Shown: in pieces, positions 1 through 10,339 of the stretch
How positions within the stretch are numbered: the stretch's first letter is position 1
Layout of the letters: every line of letters begins with the position of its first letter
Position numbers and translations under genes: made by a program
The notes under the pieces: model-generated
What the model was told of the DNA's origin: nothing
Database searches by the model: none
The model's input: only the letters and a program-made list of their open reading frames with translations
Assembly (NCBI GenBank): GCA_945881985.1
Contig: CAMCVL010000003.1
Span: 64,421-128,420, forward strand
Direction: 5' to 3'
DNA length: 64,000 bases
Source of the DNA: Rickettsia typhi
GTDB taxonomy: Bacteria > Pseudomonadota > Alphaproteobacteria > Rickettsiales > Deianiraeaceae

Positions 1-1133
1 TTTCTTTTGTGCTATCTGTGCGTCAAATCATCACATTTGGTAGATTGCATAAAAATATCTTAGATAAAAGCTCGCCCTATTGCTACATAGTAAATCCTTA
101 TTACTATGTAAAAAAAAAGATAATTAAACAAAGAGCATTAAATGCAAAGCCGCCTCTTAGCCTGCAATTAAGCATGCTACAACAGAGTTCAAACAAATTA
201 AAAGTTGCAGTTGTTATAATTGGCGAGACGGCAAGAAGGGCAAACTTCTCGCTTTACGGCTACGCAAGGCAAACAAATCCAAACCTCAGCAAGCACAAAG
301 ATATTGTTGTTTTTAACAATACAACCTCTTGCGGGGTTAACACTGCGGTATCGGTGCCTTGCATATTTTACCCTGCTGGCAGCGAGCAATTTAAAAACAA
401 TCCGCAAAATTACAAAAGCTATCTTGTCTACATGGCTCAGCTTAAAGATTTAAGCATATCTTGGTACGACAACAACTTTGGCGGATGCTACAAGGCATGT
501 AAAGGAGATGGCATAAAAGCTACAGACACCCAAACATATAAAGATGCAAAGTTATGTGGCGGCGGGGAGTGTCTTGACGAAGTATTGCTACAAAATATAG
601 AGCCAGACATACAATCTGCGGTTAAACAAGGTAAAAATGCACTGATAGTTTTGCATCAAAACGGCAGCCACGGTCCCCTTTATTACAAAAGATATCCTCA
701 ACACTTTGCAAAGTTTGCACCTGCTTGTCAATCGTCAAACCCGCAAACTTGCACCAAGCAAGAACTGATAAATGCTTACGACAACACCATTTTATACACA
801 GATTTTATACTATCAAGCATCATTGATAAGTTAAAGCATGCCAAGCAAAATGCAAAAAAACAAGGTAAGGAGCTTGAGGTGCTGATGATTTATACCTCTG
901 ACCACGGTGAAAGTCTTGGCGAGAACAACCTTTATCTACACGGCATGCCTTATTCCATTGCACCAAGGGAGCAAAAAGAGATTCCTTTGATTCTTTGGGG
1001 TAGTGGTGCAAATATTGTAGCTTTAAATCCTAATGGGGAGCGTAGTCACGATGCAATAACAAATAGCATTCTAGATTTTTTTGGCATAAAATCGCCCCTC
1101 TACAATAAGGATGCAAGTTTAGTTGCTGGCTAA
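1..1133 (+). CDS. eptA: Phosphoethanolamine--lipid A transferase (EptA/MCR family), C-terminal sulfatase-type domain; 5' part lies outside the window
   Basis: The frame of ORF 9..1133 is open to the left edge. Motifs VAVVIIGETARRANFSLYGY, HQNGSHGPLYYKRYP, YDNTILYTDF and YTSDHGESLGE match the EptA catalytic domain. The N-terminal TM domain is missing. Confidence 0.8.
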   Translation, partial: SFVLSVRQIITFGRLHKNILDKSSPYCYIVNPYYYVKKKIIKQRALNAKPPLSLQLSMLQQSSNKLKVAVVIIGETARRANFSLYGYARQTNPNLSKHKDIVVFNNTTSCGVNTAVSVPCIFYPAGSEQFKNNPQNYKSYLVYMAQLKDLSISWYDNNFGGCYKACKGDGIKATDTQTYKDAKLCGGGECLDEVLLQNIEPDIQSAVKQGKNALIVLHQNGSHGPLYYKRYPQHFAKFAPACQSSNPQTCTKQELINAYDNTILYTDFILSSIIDKLKHAKQNAKKQGKELEVLMIYTSDHGESLGENNLYLHGMPYSIAPREQKEIPLILWGSGANIVALNPNGERSHDAITNSILDFFGIKSPLYNKDASLVAG

Positions 1134-1150
1134 AAGCTCAAATTGCAAGA

Positions 1151-2062
1151 TCAAGCAAGAATTTCCTTTAATCTTTGCAGTGCTTTTACCTCAATTTGGC
1201 GAACTCTTTCAACCGATACCCCAAGCTCTCGTGATACATCAAGCAAAGTTTGTTTTTTTGAAGATATATATCTAGCATAAATGACAGTTCTTGACCTTTC
1301 ATCAAGACGAGATAGTGCATAGGACAGGCTTTGCTTTGCTTTAAGTGCCGCCTGTTTTTGACTATAGAGAGTTAGGGGGCTGTGATTTTCGGTAAAGCTT
1401 TGATCTATGTTTAAAAAGTCAGTACCTGTATCTTCGTCAATAGAAATATCATTTTTGTAACTATGCTGTAAAACTTGCTGAGCCTTGCCCTTGCTAACGC
1501 CAAAATAATTTATGTAAGCATCATCATCTTGCTGATTGCTGTGCATTTTGCCAGCATTAAAGACTATGCTTTTATCCTGATTTGTTGTTATACTACGCAC
1601 TATAGACTTGTTTTTAAATACAAAATCCTGCATTGATGCCCTTATCCATAAAATTGCATATGTTGCAAATCTAACCTCTTTTTCTATTGAAAATTTTTTT
1701 AAAGCTTTCAAAAGTCCAAGATTACCCTCGGCTATTAAGTCTTGCATATTGTCGCAATATTTTTTAAAACCAAATGCCATTTTCACAACAAGCCTAAGAT
1801 GGGACAAGAGCAACAAATTGCCAGCTTGGATGTTTTGCTTGTTGTAAAATTCATCGCACAAAACATCCTCCTCTTCCTTTGTGAGTATTGGCACAGAGTT
1901 GACGGCAGCTATGTAGTTTTGCATGTCGCTTACTGGGGGGAGTCTGTCAAAAGCATTGTTATTTTTAGAGTTTTTATTAATTAAATTGCCAGATACCAAG
2001 GACGAAGCCTTAGACAAGTCAACTGCCTCAGGTGCATTGCTGTTTAATTTGTCATTCTGCAT
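1151..2062 (-). CDS. rpoH: RNA polymerase sigma-32 factor (RpoH)
   Basis: Sigma-70 region 2 (LLSHLRLVVKMAF, DLIAEGNLGLLKALKKF, FATYAILWIRASMQDFV) and region 4 HTH (LLDVSRELGVSVERVRQIE). ATG 2062 preferred over ORF-track start 2101. Confidence 0.8.
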   Translation of the reverse strand: MQNDKLNSNAPEAVDLSKASSLVSGNLINKNSKNNNAFDRLPPVSDMQNYIAAVNSVPILTKEEEDVLCDEFYNKQNIQAGNLLLLSHLRLVVKMAFGFKKYCDNMQDLIAEGNLGLLKALKKFSIEKEVRFATYAILWIRASMQDFVFKNKSIVRSITTNQDKSIVFNAGKMHSNQQDDDAYINYFGVSKGKAQQVLQHSYKNDISIDEDTGTDFLNIDQSFTENHSPLTLYSQKQAALKAKQSLSYALSRLDERSRTVIYARYISSKKQTLLDVSRELGVSVERVRQIEVKALQRLKEILA

Positions 2063-2294
2063 AATTTTGTTTTGTAAATATAACAATACCACAGCTAACA
2101 AGCGGCAACGCCAATCTAAATTGCAAAATTAAAATTTAACACCCTGATAAGTTTTTTAATCTTAACTTTAACATATAAATATTACATTAGATTTGGCATA
2201 TGCTTTAACGAATATAATATAAATTAGTTTTTGTTAAATGCAACTTTTTATCAAAATCTTGCAGGTATATCGGGTGCTAAATTCAACGCAGACC

Positions 2295-3293
2295 CTAAAG
2301 GCTTATGCGATATTTTGTGCCAAAAAGTTCAAAATCAATGCCGATTGCATAAAGCTTAAGGTCTTGAGGTGGCTCTGCATTTTGCTGATGACCTTGCCAA
2401 TTGCCGTAAATAACATCTCCTATAATTGGTGATTTTAAGAGGCTTAATTGCACTCTAAGCTGGTGATAACGCCCCGTTTTAGGTTTAAGCAATACTGGCA
2501 CTCCAAACTGCTTTAAGTGGCTTGCAATTTGGCTTGCTGATATTTCGTCATCGCTTAGTAATTTGTAATGTGTTGTTGCAGGCACAAAGCCATCTTGCCC
2601 GCTTGCATGCCAAAGAGCTATTGCTTTAAATTGAACTTTTTTAACATAGCAGTCAATCACCCCGCTTTGCCTAAGGTTGTGATTAAAAGGCACGGCTGCC
2701 ATGTAAGTTTTATCAACCATTCCATCTGCAAAAAGCTTGGTAAGATGCTTTGCTACTTGCTGCGTTTTTGCAAAAATTACGATGCCATGCGTGTCTTTGT
2801 CTATACGGTGGACTATTCTTGGTGCATCGGTTAATCTGTGCGTTAAGTATTGCAAAAAATCGTCAATAGAAAACCTAAGCCCACTACCCCCCTGCACAGC
2901 CAGCCCTGAGGGCTTGTTTAGGACTAATATATTTGCGTCTTCAAATATAATTTTGCTTTCAAGGGATTTAAGCTTTGCAACAATTGCAGGATTTTTTTTA
3001 ACCCCTTCAAAATGTGCCTCCCTGCCTTTTAAAACTACCTGCTGAGTGCCGATAGAAGCTGGCACAAAAACCTCTATACGCTCCGCTTTGTTAATAATAA
3101 AAGAGTCTAATCTTTGAGACAAATCTTTTACCTTAGCTGCCTTTGTACCCTCGCCCTTAAAGCAAAGCCTAACATCGCCGCCTCTTGCCAGCTTGTTTGC
3201 AGTAGCTACTGATAAGCCAAGACTGTCTTTAATGATTCTGTCAATACGCAGGTCAAGCATGGAGCTTTGTATTGCAATTTGTTGCAAGGGCAT
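2295..3293 (-). CDS. RluA-family rRNA pseudouridine synthase (RluC/RluD-like) with N-terminal S4 domain
   Basis: Catalytic motif HRIDKDTHGIVIFAKT and an S4-like N-terminus (RIDRIIKDSLGLSVATANKLARGGDVRL). Confidence 0.8.
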   Translation of the reverse strand: MPLQQIAIQSSMLDLRIDRIIKDSLGLSVATANKLARGGDVRLCFKGEGTKAAKVKDLSQRLDSFIINKAERIEVFVPASIGTQQVVLKGREAHFEGVKKNPAIVAKLKSLESKIIFEDANILVLNKPSGLAVQGGSGLRFSIDDFLQYLTHRLTDAPRIVHRIDKDTHGIVIFAKTQQVAKHLTKLFADGMVDKTYMAAVPFNHNLRQSGVIDCYVKKVQFKAIALWHASGQDGFVPATTHYKLLSDDEISASQIASHLKQFGVPVLLKPKTGRYHQLRVQLSLLKSPIIGDVIYGNWQGHQQNAEPPQDLKLYAIGIDFELFGTKYRISL

Positions 3294-3310
3294 TTATAAT
3301 TTAAAAATTG

Positions 3311-5314
3311 TTATAATATTTGCTTAATTTTACTGCAGACCGCACTTTTTGTAAATCCAAAATGCTCCATAGCTTTTACAGCAGGGGCTGAGGTGCCAAA
3401 GCCTTCAATGCCAATCAGCAAGTCTGTACCGGGGCGATAGTATTTGTAAAAGGACATTGGGTTTGCCATTTCAACAAAAACTCTTATTTCATTAGTGTTA
3501 TCGTTTTTGCCTAAAACGGATACTTTGTAGGCTTCATCTTGCTCGTCAAAAAGCTCAAGGCATGGCACGGATAGTACGCTAATTTGAGAGCAAAGATTTT
3601 GCTCGGCAAGCTCTTTTGCTGCATCAATTATCAAGGCAAGCTCTGAGCCGCTAGCAAAAAGTTTTATATTTTTACCTCCTGCCTTGCCGCCATCAATAGT
3701 CAAAACATTATAAATACCTTTTTTAACAAGGCTAATGTCACTTGTTTGCCTATAGTAAGCAAGATTTTGCCTTGACATTGCAAATGCGGATGGTGTTTTT
3801 GGTGATGTGAGTGCAATTTTAAAGCATTCGGCAGTTTCGGCTTGGTCACTTGGTCTAAAAACTCTTAGGTTTGGTATAAGCCTTAGACTTGCAAGATGCT
3901 CTATTGGCTGATGGGTGGGCCCGTCCTCGCCCAAGGCTATGGAGTCGTGAGTAAAAACATAAATTACGCCAAGTTCCATCAGTGCCGAAAGCCTAATTGC
4001 TGGCTTTAAGTAATCGGCAAAAACTAAAAATGTTGAACCGATTGGCAAAAGCCCGCCGTGCAGATAAATACCGTTCATTACCGCTGCCATTGCATGCTCT
4101 CTAATGCCGTAGTGTAAAAAGTTGCCGCTAAAATCATCTGGGGTTATGGATTTTGAGTGCTTTGTGTACACGCAGTTGGACTTGGCAAGGTCAGCCGAGC
4201 CAATAACAACATTTGCCTGCACGCTTTGAATGGCGTTTAACACATCCCCGCCAATCTGCCTTGTGGAGTTAGATTGCTTAAGTTCCAGTTGATTTGCGGT
4301 GTATTTGTCTATTTCGCCAATTGCTAAGGCAAAGGAAGTATCAAAAAAAGCATCAAATTTTTGCTTAAGATTGCTTGCATTAAGCCTAGCTTGCCAGCTT
4401 GCAAAGCTTTGCCCGTGTTTTTTGCCAACCTCACGCCAAAGGTCGGCGATACTTTGCGGAACTTCAAATTTGCCAAAGTTCCAGCCTAGGTTTTGTGCGG
4501 TTTTTAAAATATCATCTGCTTTTAGTGGGGAGCCGTGAACATCCGCCGTGCCCTGCTTAGGGCTACCAAAACCTATGTTTGTTGAGCAAATTACAAGGGA
4601 AGGATGAGTATTTGCTGGGTTTGTTGCTTGTGTAAGGGCGTCCTCAATGCTTGCAAAATCGTGCCCATCACATTCAAAAACATTCCATCCAGAGGCTTTA
4701 AACCTTAGGGCAGTATTTGTTGAGTTTGCAACACTTGTTTTGCCATCAATGGTGATTTGATTGCTGTCGTAAATTGCAACAAGTTTTGCAAGTTTTAAAT
4801 GCCCTGCAAGCTCCAAAGCCTCCTGAGAGATTCCTTCCTGCAAGCATCCATCTCCAGTTAAAACAAATGTGCGATGGTTTATAAGCTCGCTGCTAAGCTC
4901 ACTCTCTAGCTTTTTTTGTGCTATTGCCATGCCAACTGCATTTGCAAAGCCTTGCCCTAGTGGGCCGGTAGTTGCCTCAACACCAGCTAAATAGCCGTAT
5001 TCTGGGTGACCAGCAGTTTTTGCACCAAACTGGCGAAAGTTCTTTAAATCATCAATGCTAATATCCTCGTAGCCACAAAGGTAAAATAATGAGTAGAGCA
5101 GAGCGGATGCATGCCCTGCCGAAAGGACAAATCTGTCCCTATCTTGCCATTTTGGTTGTTTTGGGTAAAACTTAACAAACTTTGTAAAAAGCACGGTTAA
5201 AATATCCGCCGCCCCTAGTGGCATGCCTGGGTGCCCAGAGTTTGCTTGTTCCACCTGCCACAAGGACAAAAACCTTAGGGCATTAGACATATCTTTTAAT
5301 TGTTGTTGCAACAT
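3311..5314 (-). CDS. tkt: Transketolase
   Basis: GHPGMPLGAADI, TGPLGQGFANAVGMA, GDGCLQEGIS and HDSIALGEDGPTHQPIEH. ATG 5314 preferred (ORF track 5353). Confidence 0.92.
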   Translation of the reverse strand: MLQQQLKDMSNALRFLSLWQVEQANSGHPGMPLGAADILTVLFTKFVKFYPKQPKWQDRDRFVLSAGHASALLYSLFYLCGYEDISIDDLKNFRQFGAKTAGHPEYGYLAGVEATTGPLGQGFANAVGMAIAQKKLESELSSELINHRTFVLTGDGCLQEGISQEALELAGHLKLAKLVAIYDSNQITIDGKTSVANSTNTALRFKASGWNVFECDGHDFASIEDALTQATNPANTHPSLVICSTNIGFGSPKQGTADVHGSPLKADDILKTAQNLGWNFGKFEVPQSIADLWREVGKKHGQSFASWQARLNASNLKQKFDAFFDTSFALAIGEIDKYTANQLELKQSNSTRQIGGDVLNAIQSVQANVVIGSADLAKSNCVYTKHSKSITPDDFSGNFLHYGIREHAMAAVMNGIYLHGGLLPIGSTFLVFADYLKPAIRLSALMELGVIYVFTHDSIALGEDGPTHQPIEHLASLRLIPNLRVFRPSDQAETAECFKIALTSPKTPSAFAMSRQNLAYYRQTSDISLVKKGIYNVLTIDGGKAGGKNIKLFASGSELALIIDAAKELAEQNLCSQISVLSVPCLELFDEQDEAYKVSVLGKNDNTNEIRVFVEMANPMSFYKYYRPGTDLLIGIEGFGTSAPAVKAMEHFGFTKSAVCSKIKQIL

Positions 5315-5524
5315 ATAAACATATACAAAATATTCAGCAAAATAACAATGCAATTTTACACAAACAAAGTTTTGCTTGCAAACTTTTTTTGTAAAAACAT
5401 TCTTAAATTTTTGTATAAAAAACCATCAAAATACTAAAAACAAAAAGCTACTTGCAAATTAATTTTTTAGCTATAGACTTTTTGATACATTTTGTGTATA
5501 TCATTTATTAATATAATAATTAAA

Positions 5525-7786
5525 ATGGCTAAAACCGCTGTGCTTGGCTTTCCTCGTATTGGTGAAAAGCGTGAGCTAAAAAAAGCACTTGAATCTTTTT
5601 GGGCTGGCAAAACAACCGCTAACGACCTTGAGCTTGTTGCAAAAACAATTAGGGAGCAAAACTTTAATACTCTTAAAAAAATTACCTATATTCCTTCATG
5701 TGACTTTTCGTATTATGACCTAATGCTTGATATGTCTTTTGAGCTTGGAATTGTTCCTCAAAGACACAAAAATACAGGGCTTGAAGGGCTTGACCTATAC
5801 TTTGCAATTGCAAGGGGTTATCAAAAAGACGGCAAGGATGTTGTGGCAAGTGAGATGACAAAATGGTTTGACACAAACTATCACTACATAGTGCCGGAGT
5901 TTGAGGTTGCAACAAAGCCGCAATATAAGCCATTTAAATTTGTAAAACTTTTTAAGGAGGCAAGAGATCTTGGTTATAATACAAGACCAGTAATAATAGG
6001 CCCAGTAACATACATCTTGCTTGCAAAGGCACATAGCGGAGCTGACAGATTTGCTCATTTTGAGTCCTTAATTGAGGCATATAAAAACTTGATTCAGGAT
6101 CTTATCAACGCCGGAGCAAAGGATATTCAACTTGACGAGCCAGCACTAGTGCTTGACCTAGACGACAATGCAAAACAACTATATAAAAAAGCATTTGGGG
6201 AGATTTTGCGTCTTGATTGTAACTTTCACTTGGCAACATATTTTGAGTCCATTAAGGACAACTTTGACCTTGTGAAGGATTATAAATTTACATCGATTCA
6301 CATTGATAAAACAAGAGGCGGCGAGGCACTTGATTATGTTCTTGCTAATATTAAAGATGGTGTAAAATTATCTCTTGGCGTTGTTGACGGGCGTAACATT
6401 TGGGTAAATAACTACGAGACAAGCCTTGCAAGCCTGCACAAGGCAATTGCAAAACTTGGTATTGATAGGGTGATTGTTGCATCTTCATGCTCTTTAACTC
6501 ACAGCCCCGTTACTTTAAGACACGAAAAAGACCTGCCGGAAGATATTAAAGAATTCCTCTCGTTTGCTGAGGAGAAGGTTGTGGAAATCACTCAAATTGC
6601 TGACCTTGCAAGCAACATAATTGGTAGCGAGACACTTGCGGTTAATAAGCAGATATTGGCTAACCGTAAGCATTCAAAGGCGGTGCATAACCACCAAGTG
6701 CAAGATAGACTTAAAACGCTTGATGGCAATTACGAAAGAGCTGCAAAATTTGAAACAAGAATTTCAAAGCAAAATGCAAGCCTAAAATTACCGCTTTATC
6801 CTACTACAACAATCGGTTCCTTCCCGCAAACTCAGGATGTTAGAAAGGCAAGAAGCGACATGAAAAACGGCAAAATCACTCTTGAATCTTACAACGCATT
6901 CATCAAGGAACAAATTGATAATTGTATTAAAATTCAGGAGGAAATTGACATTGATGTTTTGGTGCACGGTGAGTTTGAAAGAAACGACATGGTGGAATAC
7001 TTTGGCGAGGAGCTTGGTGGATTTTTATTTACCGAAAATGGCTGGGTGCAAAGCTATGGTTCAAGATGCGTTAAACCTCCTGTTATCTTTGGCGATGTGT
7101 ATCGTAAAAATCAAATGACTGTTGAGTGGTCAAAATACGCACAGTCCAAAACATCTAGGGTGATGAAGGGAATGCTAACAGGCCCAGTTACAATTCTACA
7201 ATGGAGCTTTGTGCGTAACGACCTATCAAGAGATCTTGTTTGTAAGCAAATTGCTCTTGCTTTGCAGGACGAAGTGCTTGATTTAGAATCTGCAGGTATA
7301 AAAGTTATACAAATTGACGAGCCAGCTATAAGGGAAGGCTTGCCTCTTAAGGCTGCAAAAAAAGCAGAATATCTTAAATGGGCGGTTGATTGCTTTAAAA
7401 TCTCGGCTTACAAAGTTGCAGACGATACCCAAATACACACCCATATGTGCTATTCGGAGTTTAATGATATCATTAAGTCCGTTGCGGACATGGATGCTGA
7501 TGTTATTTCAATTGAAACCTCAAGGTCCAACATGGAGCTTTTAGAGGCATTTGTTGACTTTAACTATCCAAATGCAATAGGGCCCGGGGTGTACGACATA
7601 CACTCGCCTCGTGTGCCAAACACAAAGGAAATGGTGGAACTTATGCAAAAAGCTGCAAAGGTTATATCCCCTGCAAACCTTTGGGTTAATCCAGATTGCG
7701 GGCTTAAAACTCGTGGCTGGACTGAGACAAAGCACGCTCTAATTGAAATGGTTAAAGCTGCTAAGCAAATGCGTGCAGGTGCTTAG
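5525..7786 (+). CDS. metE: Cobalamin-independent methionine synthase (5-methyltetrahydropteroyltriglutamate--homocysteine methyltransferase)
   Basis: N-terminus AVLGFPRIGEKRELKKALE. C-terminal catalytic motifs HTHMCYSEF and NPDCGLKTR. About 753 aa from ATG 5525. Confidence 0.93.
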   Translation: MAKTAVLGFPRIGEKRELKKALESFWAGKTTANDLELVAKTIREQNFNTLKKITYIPSCDFSYYDLMLDMSFELGIVPQRHKNTGLEGLDLYFAIARGYQKDGKDVVASEMTKWFDTNYHYIVPEFEVATKPQYKPFKFVKLFKEARDLGYNTRPVIIGPVTYILLAKAHSGADRFAHFESLIEAYKNLIQDLINAGAKDIQLDEPALVLDLDDNAKQLYKKAFGEILRLDCNFHLATYFESIKDNFDLVKDYKFTSIHIDKTRGGEALDYVLANIKDGVKLSLGVVDGRNIWVNNYETSLASLHKAIAKLGIDRVIVASSCSLTHSPVTLRHEKDLPEDIKEFLSFAEEKVVEITQIADLASNIIGSETLAVNKQILANRKHSKAVHNHQVQDRLKTLDGNYERAAKFETRISKQNASLKLPLYPTTTIGSFPQTQDVRKARSDMKNGKITLESYNAFIKEQIDNCIKIQEEIDIDVLVHGEFERNDMVEYFGEELGGFLFTENGWVQSYGSRCVKPPVIFGDVYRKNQMTVEWSKYAQSKTSRVMKGMLTGPVTILQWSFVRNDLSRDLVCKQIALALQDEVLDLESAGIKVIQIDEPAIREGLPLKAAKKAEYLKWAVDCFKISAYKVADDTQIHTHMCYSEFNDIIKSVADMDADVISIETSRSNMELLEAFVDFNYPNAIGPGVYDIHSPRVPNTKEMVELMQKAAKVISPANLWVNPDCGLKTRGWTETKHALIEMVKAAKQMRAGA

Positions 7787-7892
7787 CTTGGTTTTATATC
7801 TTGTTTTTTGCTTTTATGTGTAGCAAGTTCAATTTTAAAATGGATTAATGAATTTGATATAAAAAATATTAAGCAAAAAAATGAATTAAAAC

Positions 7893-7922
7893 TTGACTTA
7901 TATTTTAAGTTGTATTTAATAT
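7893..7922 (+). promoter_or_regulatory. Candidate sigma-70 promoter for rpsL-rpsG (TTGACT-N18-TAATAT)
   Basis: TTGACT at 7893-7898 and TAATAT at 7917-7922, about 58 nt upstream of the rpsL ATG. Motif match only. Confidence 0.35.
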
Positions 7923-7979
7923 TATGCTAGTGTAATAGCACTTGGTATAAATAAGGTATTATTTTTAGATTTTACTTAA

Positions 7980-8354
7980 ATGGTAACTATCAATCAGCTT
8001 GTTAGAAGCAAAAGAAAGCCTAAGGCGTGGAAGACAAAAACCCCAGCGCTAAAAGCTTGTCCACAAAGAAGAGGTGTTTGTAAATCAGTGTACACCACAA
8101 CCCCTAAAAAACCTAACTCCGCTTTGCGTAAAGTTGCAAAGGTTAGACTAACAAGCGGATACGAGGTTATTGCTTACATACCAGGTGAGGGGCACAACTT
8201 GCAAGAGCACGCAGTGGTTCTTGTTGAGGGTCGTAGGGTGCCTGACCTACCGGGTGTAAAATACCACATTGTTAGAGGTACTAGAGATACTCAAGGCGTT
8301 GCTAAGAGAAGACAGGCTAGGTCTCGTTATGGTAATAAAAAACCTAAGAACTAA
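7980..8354 (+). CDS. rpsL: 30S ribosomal protein S12
   Basis: [13 protein letters not shown].., [19 protein letters not shown].., GVKYHIVRG. Confidence 0.96.
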   Translation: MVTINQLVRSKRKPKAWKTKTPALKACPQRRGVCKSVYTTTPKKPNSALRKVAKVRLTSGYEVIAYIPGEGHNLQEHAVVLVEGRRVPDLPGVKYHIVRGTRDTQGVAKRRQARSRYGNKKPKN

Positions 8355-8387
8355 TCTTTTTAAAAACAAGTTTTTATCTTATTGATT

Positions 8388-8909
8388 ATGAGTAGAAAAA
8401 AAAGAATTCACAAATCTTTAGTTAAGCCAGACCCTATCTACGGAAACCTGCTTATTGCTAAATTTGTCAACATATTGATGCTTGATGGTAAAAAATCAAT
8501 AGCTCTTAATGCTTTTTACGCTGCTATTGAAAGAATTCAAAAATCAAAAACACTACAGCAAATTGAAGCACTTAAAGATGTTACTGACCCAGTGGTTTTG
8601 TTTGAATACATAGTTAAGGCATCTCAGCCTAGTGTTGAGGTTAGGTCAAGAAGAATCGGTGGTGCAAACTATCAAATTCCTATGGTGATTGAAGGCTCTT
8701 CAAGATCGGTATCTCTATCTCTTAGATGGCTTGTTTTGGCTGTTAGATCCAAAAAAAATGCTGACATAGCACAAAAGGTCTACACAGTTTTTGAGGACAA
8801 CCTTAACAACAGAGGCGAAGCTATTAAAAAGAAGCAACAAATTGAAACCGTTGCCGAGGCAAACAGGGCATATGCACACTTTGCAATCAAAAAAAAGGCT
8901 TCCAACTAA
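8388..8909 (+). CDS. rpsG: 30S ribosomal protein S7
   Basis: MSRKKRIHKSLVKPDPIYGN.., VEVRSRRIGGANYQIPM.., AEANRAYAHF. ATG 8388 (ORF track TTG 8382). Confidence 0.93.
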   Translation: MSRKKRIHKSLVKPDPIYGNLLIAKFVNILMLDGKKSIALNAFYAAIERIQKSKTLQQIEALKDVTDPVVLFEYIVKASQPSVEVRSRRIGGANYQIPMVIEGSSRSVSLSLRWLVLAVRSKKNADIAQKVYTVFEDNLNNRGEAIKKKQQIETVAEANRAYAHFAIKKKASN

Positions 8910-9044
8910 TTATAAGCTTGAAAAAGCTTTTGCAAGTAAATTAAATTTAAATCTTAGCTTACTTACAAAGGCTTTTTATACTTTGTGTTGATGTGACTTA
9001 AATTTGCTTTAGGTTGCTTATAGATATTCTTTGTAAATATAGAT

Positions 9045-10322
9045 ATGCAGATATTTTCGGGACTTAAAACAGAGGATAAGATATTTCCAAATCTTTATGG
9101 CTTTGAAGCAAGCGACTTAAATGCAAATCTGTCAAGAGGCGTATATAGCGGTATAGACGAAATTATAAAAAAAGGCAAGGATTGGATAATAAGCGAAATG
9201 AAAGACTCTGCAATGCGTGGGCGTGGTGGAGCTGGCTTTCCTACTGGTATGAAGTGGTCTTTTGTTCCAAAGCCGGAAGCCTCAGGCAAGCCGCACTATC
9301 TTGTTGTTAATGCTGACGAGAGCGAGCCTGGAACCTGCAAAGATAGAGAGATTTTACGCAACGAGCCTCACAGACTTATTGAGGGCATAATAATTGCCGC
9401 ATATGCAATTGGTGCAAACAAATGTTATGTCTACATCAGGGGGGAGTATTACAACGAAGCTCTTGTTTTACAAAATGCAATTGACGAAGCTCTTGCGAAG
9501 GGCAAAATTGGCAAAAATGCCTGTGGTAGCGGCTGGGATGTTGACATATACATACACAGGGGTGCGGGTGCTTACATCTGCGGCGAGGAAACCGCTATGC
9601 TTGAAAGCATAGAAGGCAACAAGGGGCAGCCAAGATTAAAGCCACCTTTTCCTGCCCTAGTGGGGCTTTATGGGTGCCCTACGGTAATTAACAATGTTGA
9701 GACCATAGCCTCAGTACCGGCAATTTTAAAACGCGGGGCGGCTTGGTTTAAGCAATTTGGCAGAGACAAAAATCATGGCACAAAGCTATACTGCATCTCG
9801 GGGCATGTCAACAAACCTTGCGTTGTTGAGGAGGCAATGAGCATACCCCTCAAAGAGCTTATTGAAAAACAATGCGGCGGCGTTATTGGCGGCTGGGATA
9901 ACTTGCTTGCCGTTATACCGGGGGGCTCGTCTACGCCTCTTATCACAAAAGAAGCCTGCGATGATGCTATTATGGATTTTGACTACTTAAGGGGTTTGGG
10001 TACTGGGCTTGGCACCGCTGGCATTATTGTTATGAACAAGCAAACCGATGTTGTAAAGGCAATTGCAAGACTTACAAAATTTTACAAGCACGAGTCATGC
10101 GGGCAGTGCACGCCTTGCAGAGAGGGTGTTTTGTGGCTTTACAAAATGATGAACCGCTTTGTAAAAGGCGACTACGCAAAAAGTGATATTGATAAGCTTT
10201 TTGACATTACAAAACAAATAGAGGGTCATACAATTTGTGCTTTTGGCGATGCTGCTGCTTGGCCAATTCAGGGTCTTATTAAAAATTTCAGAACCCTTCT
10301 TGAGGACAGAGCAAAACTATAA
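9045..10322 (+). CDS. nuoF: NADH-quinone oxidoreductase subunit F
   Basis: [15 protein letters not shown] (FMN/NADH site) and [12 protein letters not shown] (4Fe-4S). Confidence 0.93.
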   Translation: MQIFSGLKTEDKIFPNLYGFEASDLNANLSRGVYSGIDEIIKKGKDWIISEMKDSAMRGRGGAGFPTGMKWSFVPKPEASGKPHYLVVNADESEPGTCKDREILRNEPHRLIEGIIIAAYAIGANKCYVYIRGEYYNEALVLQNAIDEALAKGKIGKNACGSGWDVDIYIHRGAGAYICGEETAMLESIEGNKGQPRLKPPFPALVGLYGCPTVINNVETIASVPAILKRGAAWFKQFGRDKNHGTKLYCISGHVNKPCVVEEAMSIPLKELIEKQCGGVIGGWDNLLAVIPGGSSTPLITKEACDDAIMDFDYLRGLGTGLGTAGIIVMNKQTDVVKAIARLTKFYKHESCGQCTPCREGVLWLYKMMNRFVKGDYAKSDIDKLFDITKQIEGHTICAFGDAAAWPIQGLIKNFRTLLEDRAKL

Positions 10323-10339
10323 TCCTAATAGATACAGCA

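Noticed and set aside
5354-5524. Riboswitch upstream of metE (cobalamin or SAM), upstream of thiG (TPP), or upstream of ribB (FMN)
   Set aside because: The metE leader is plain AT-rich sequence without conserved cores. thiG has only a 32-nt leader. The ribB upstream region is occupied by ssrA, and no CUGAGA/ACCUGA (TPP) or RFN core was seen.
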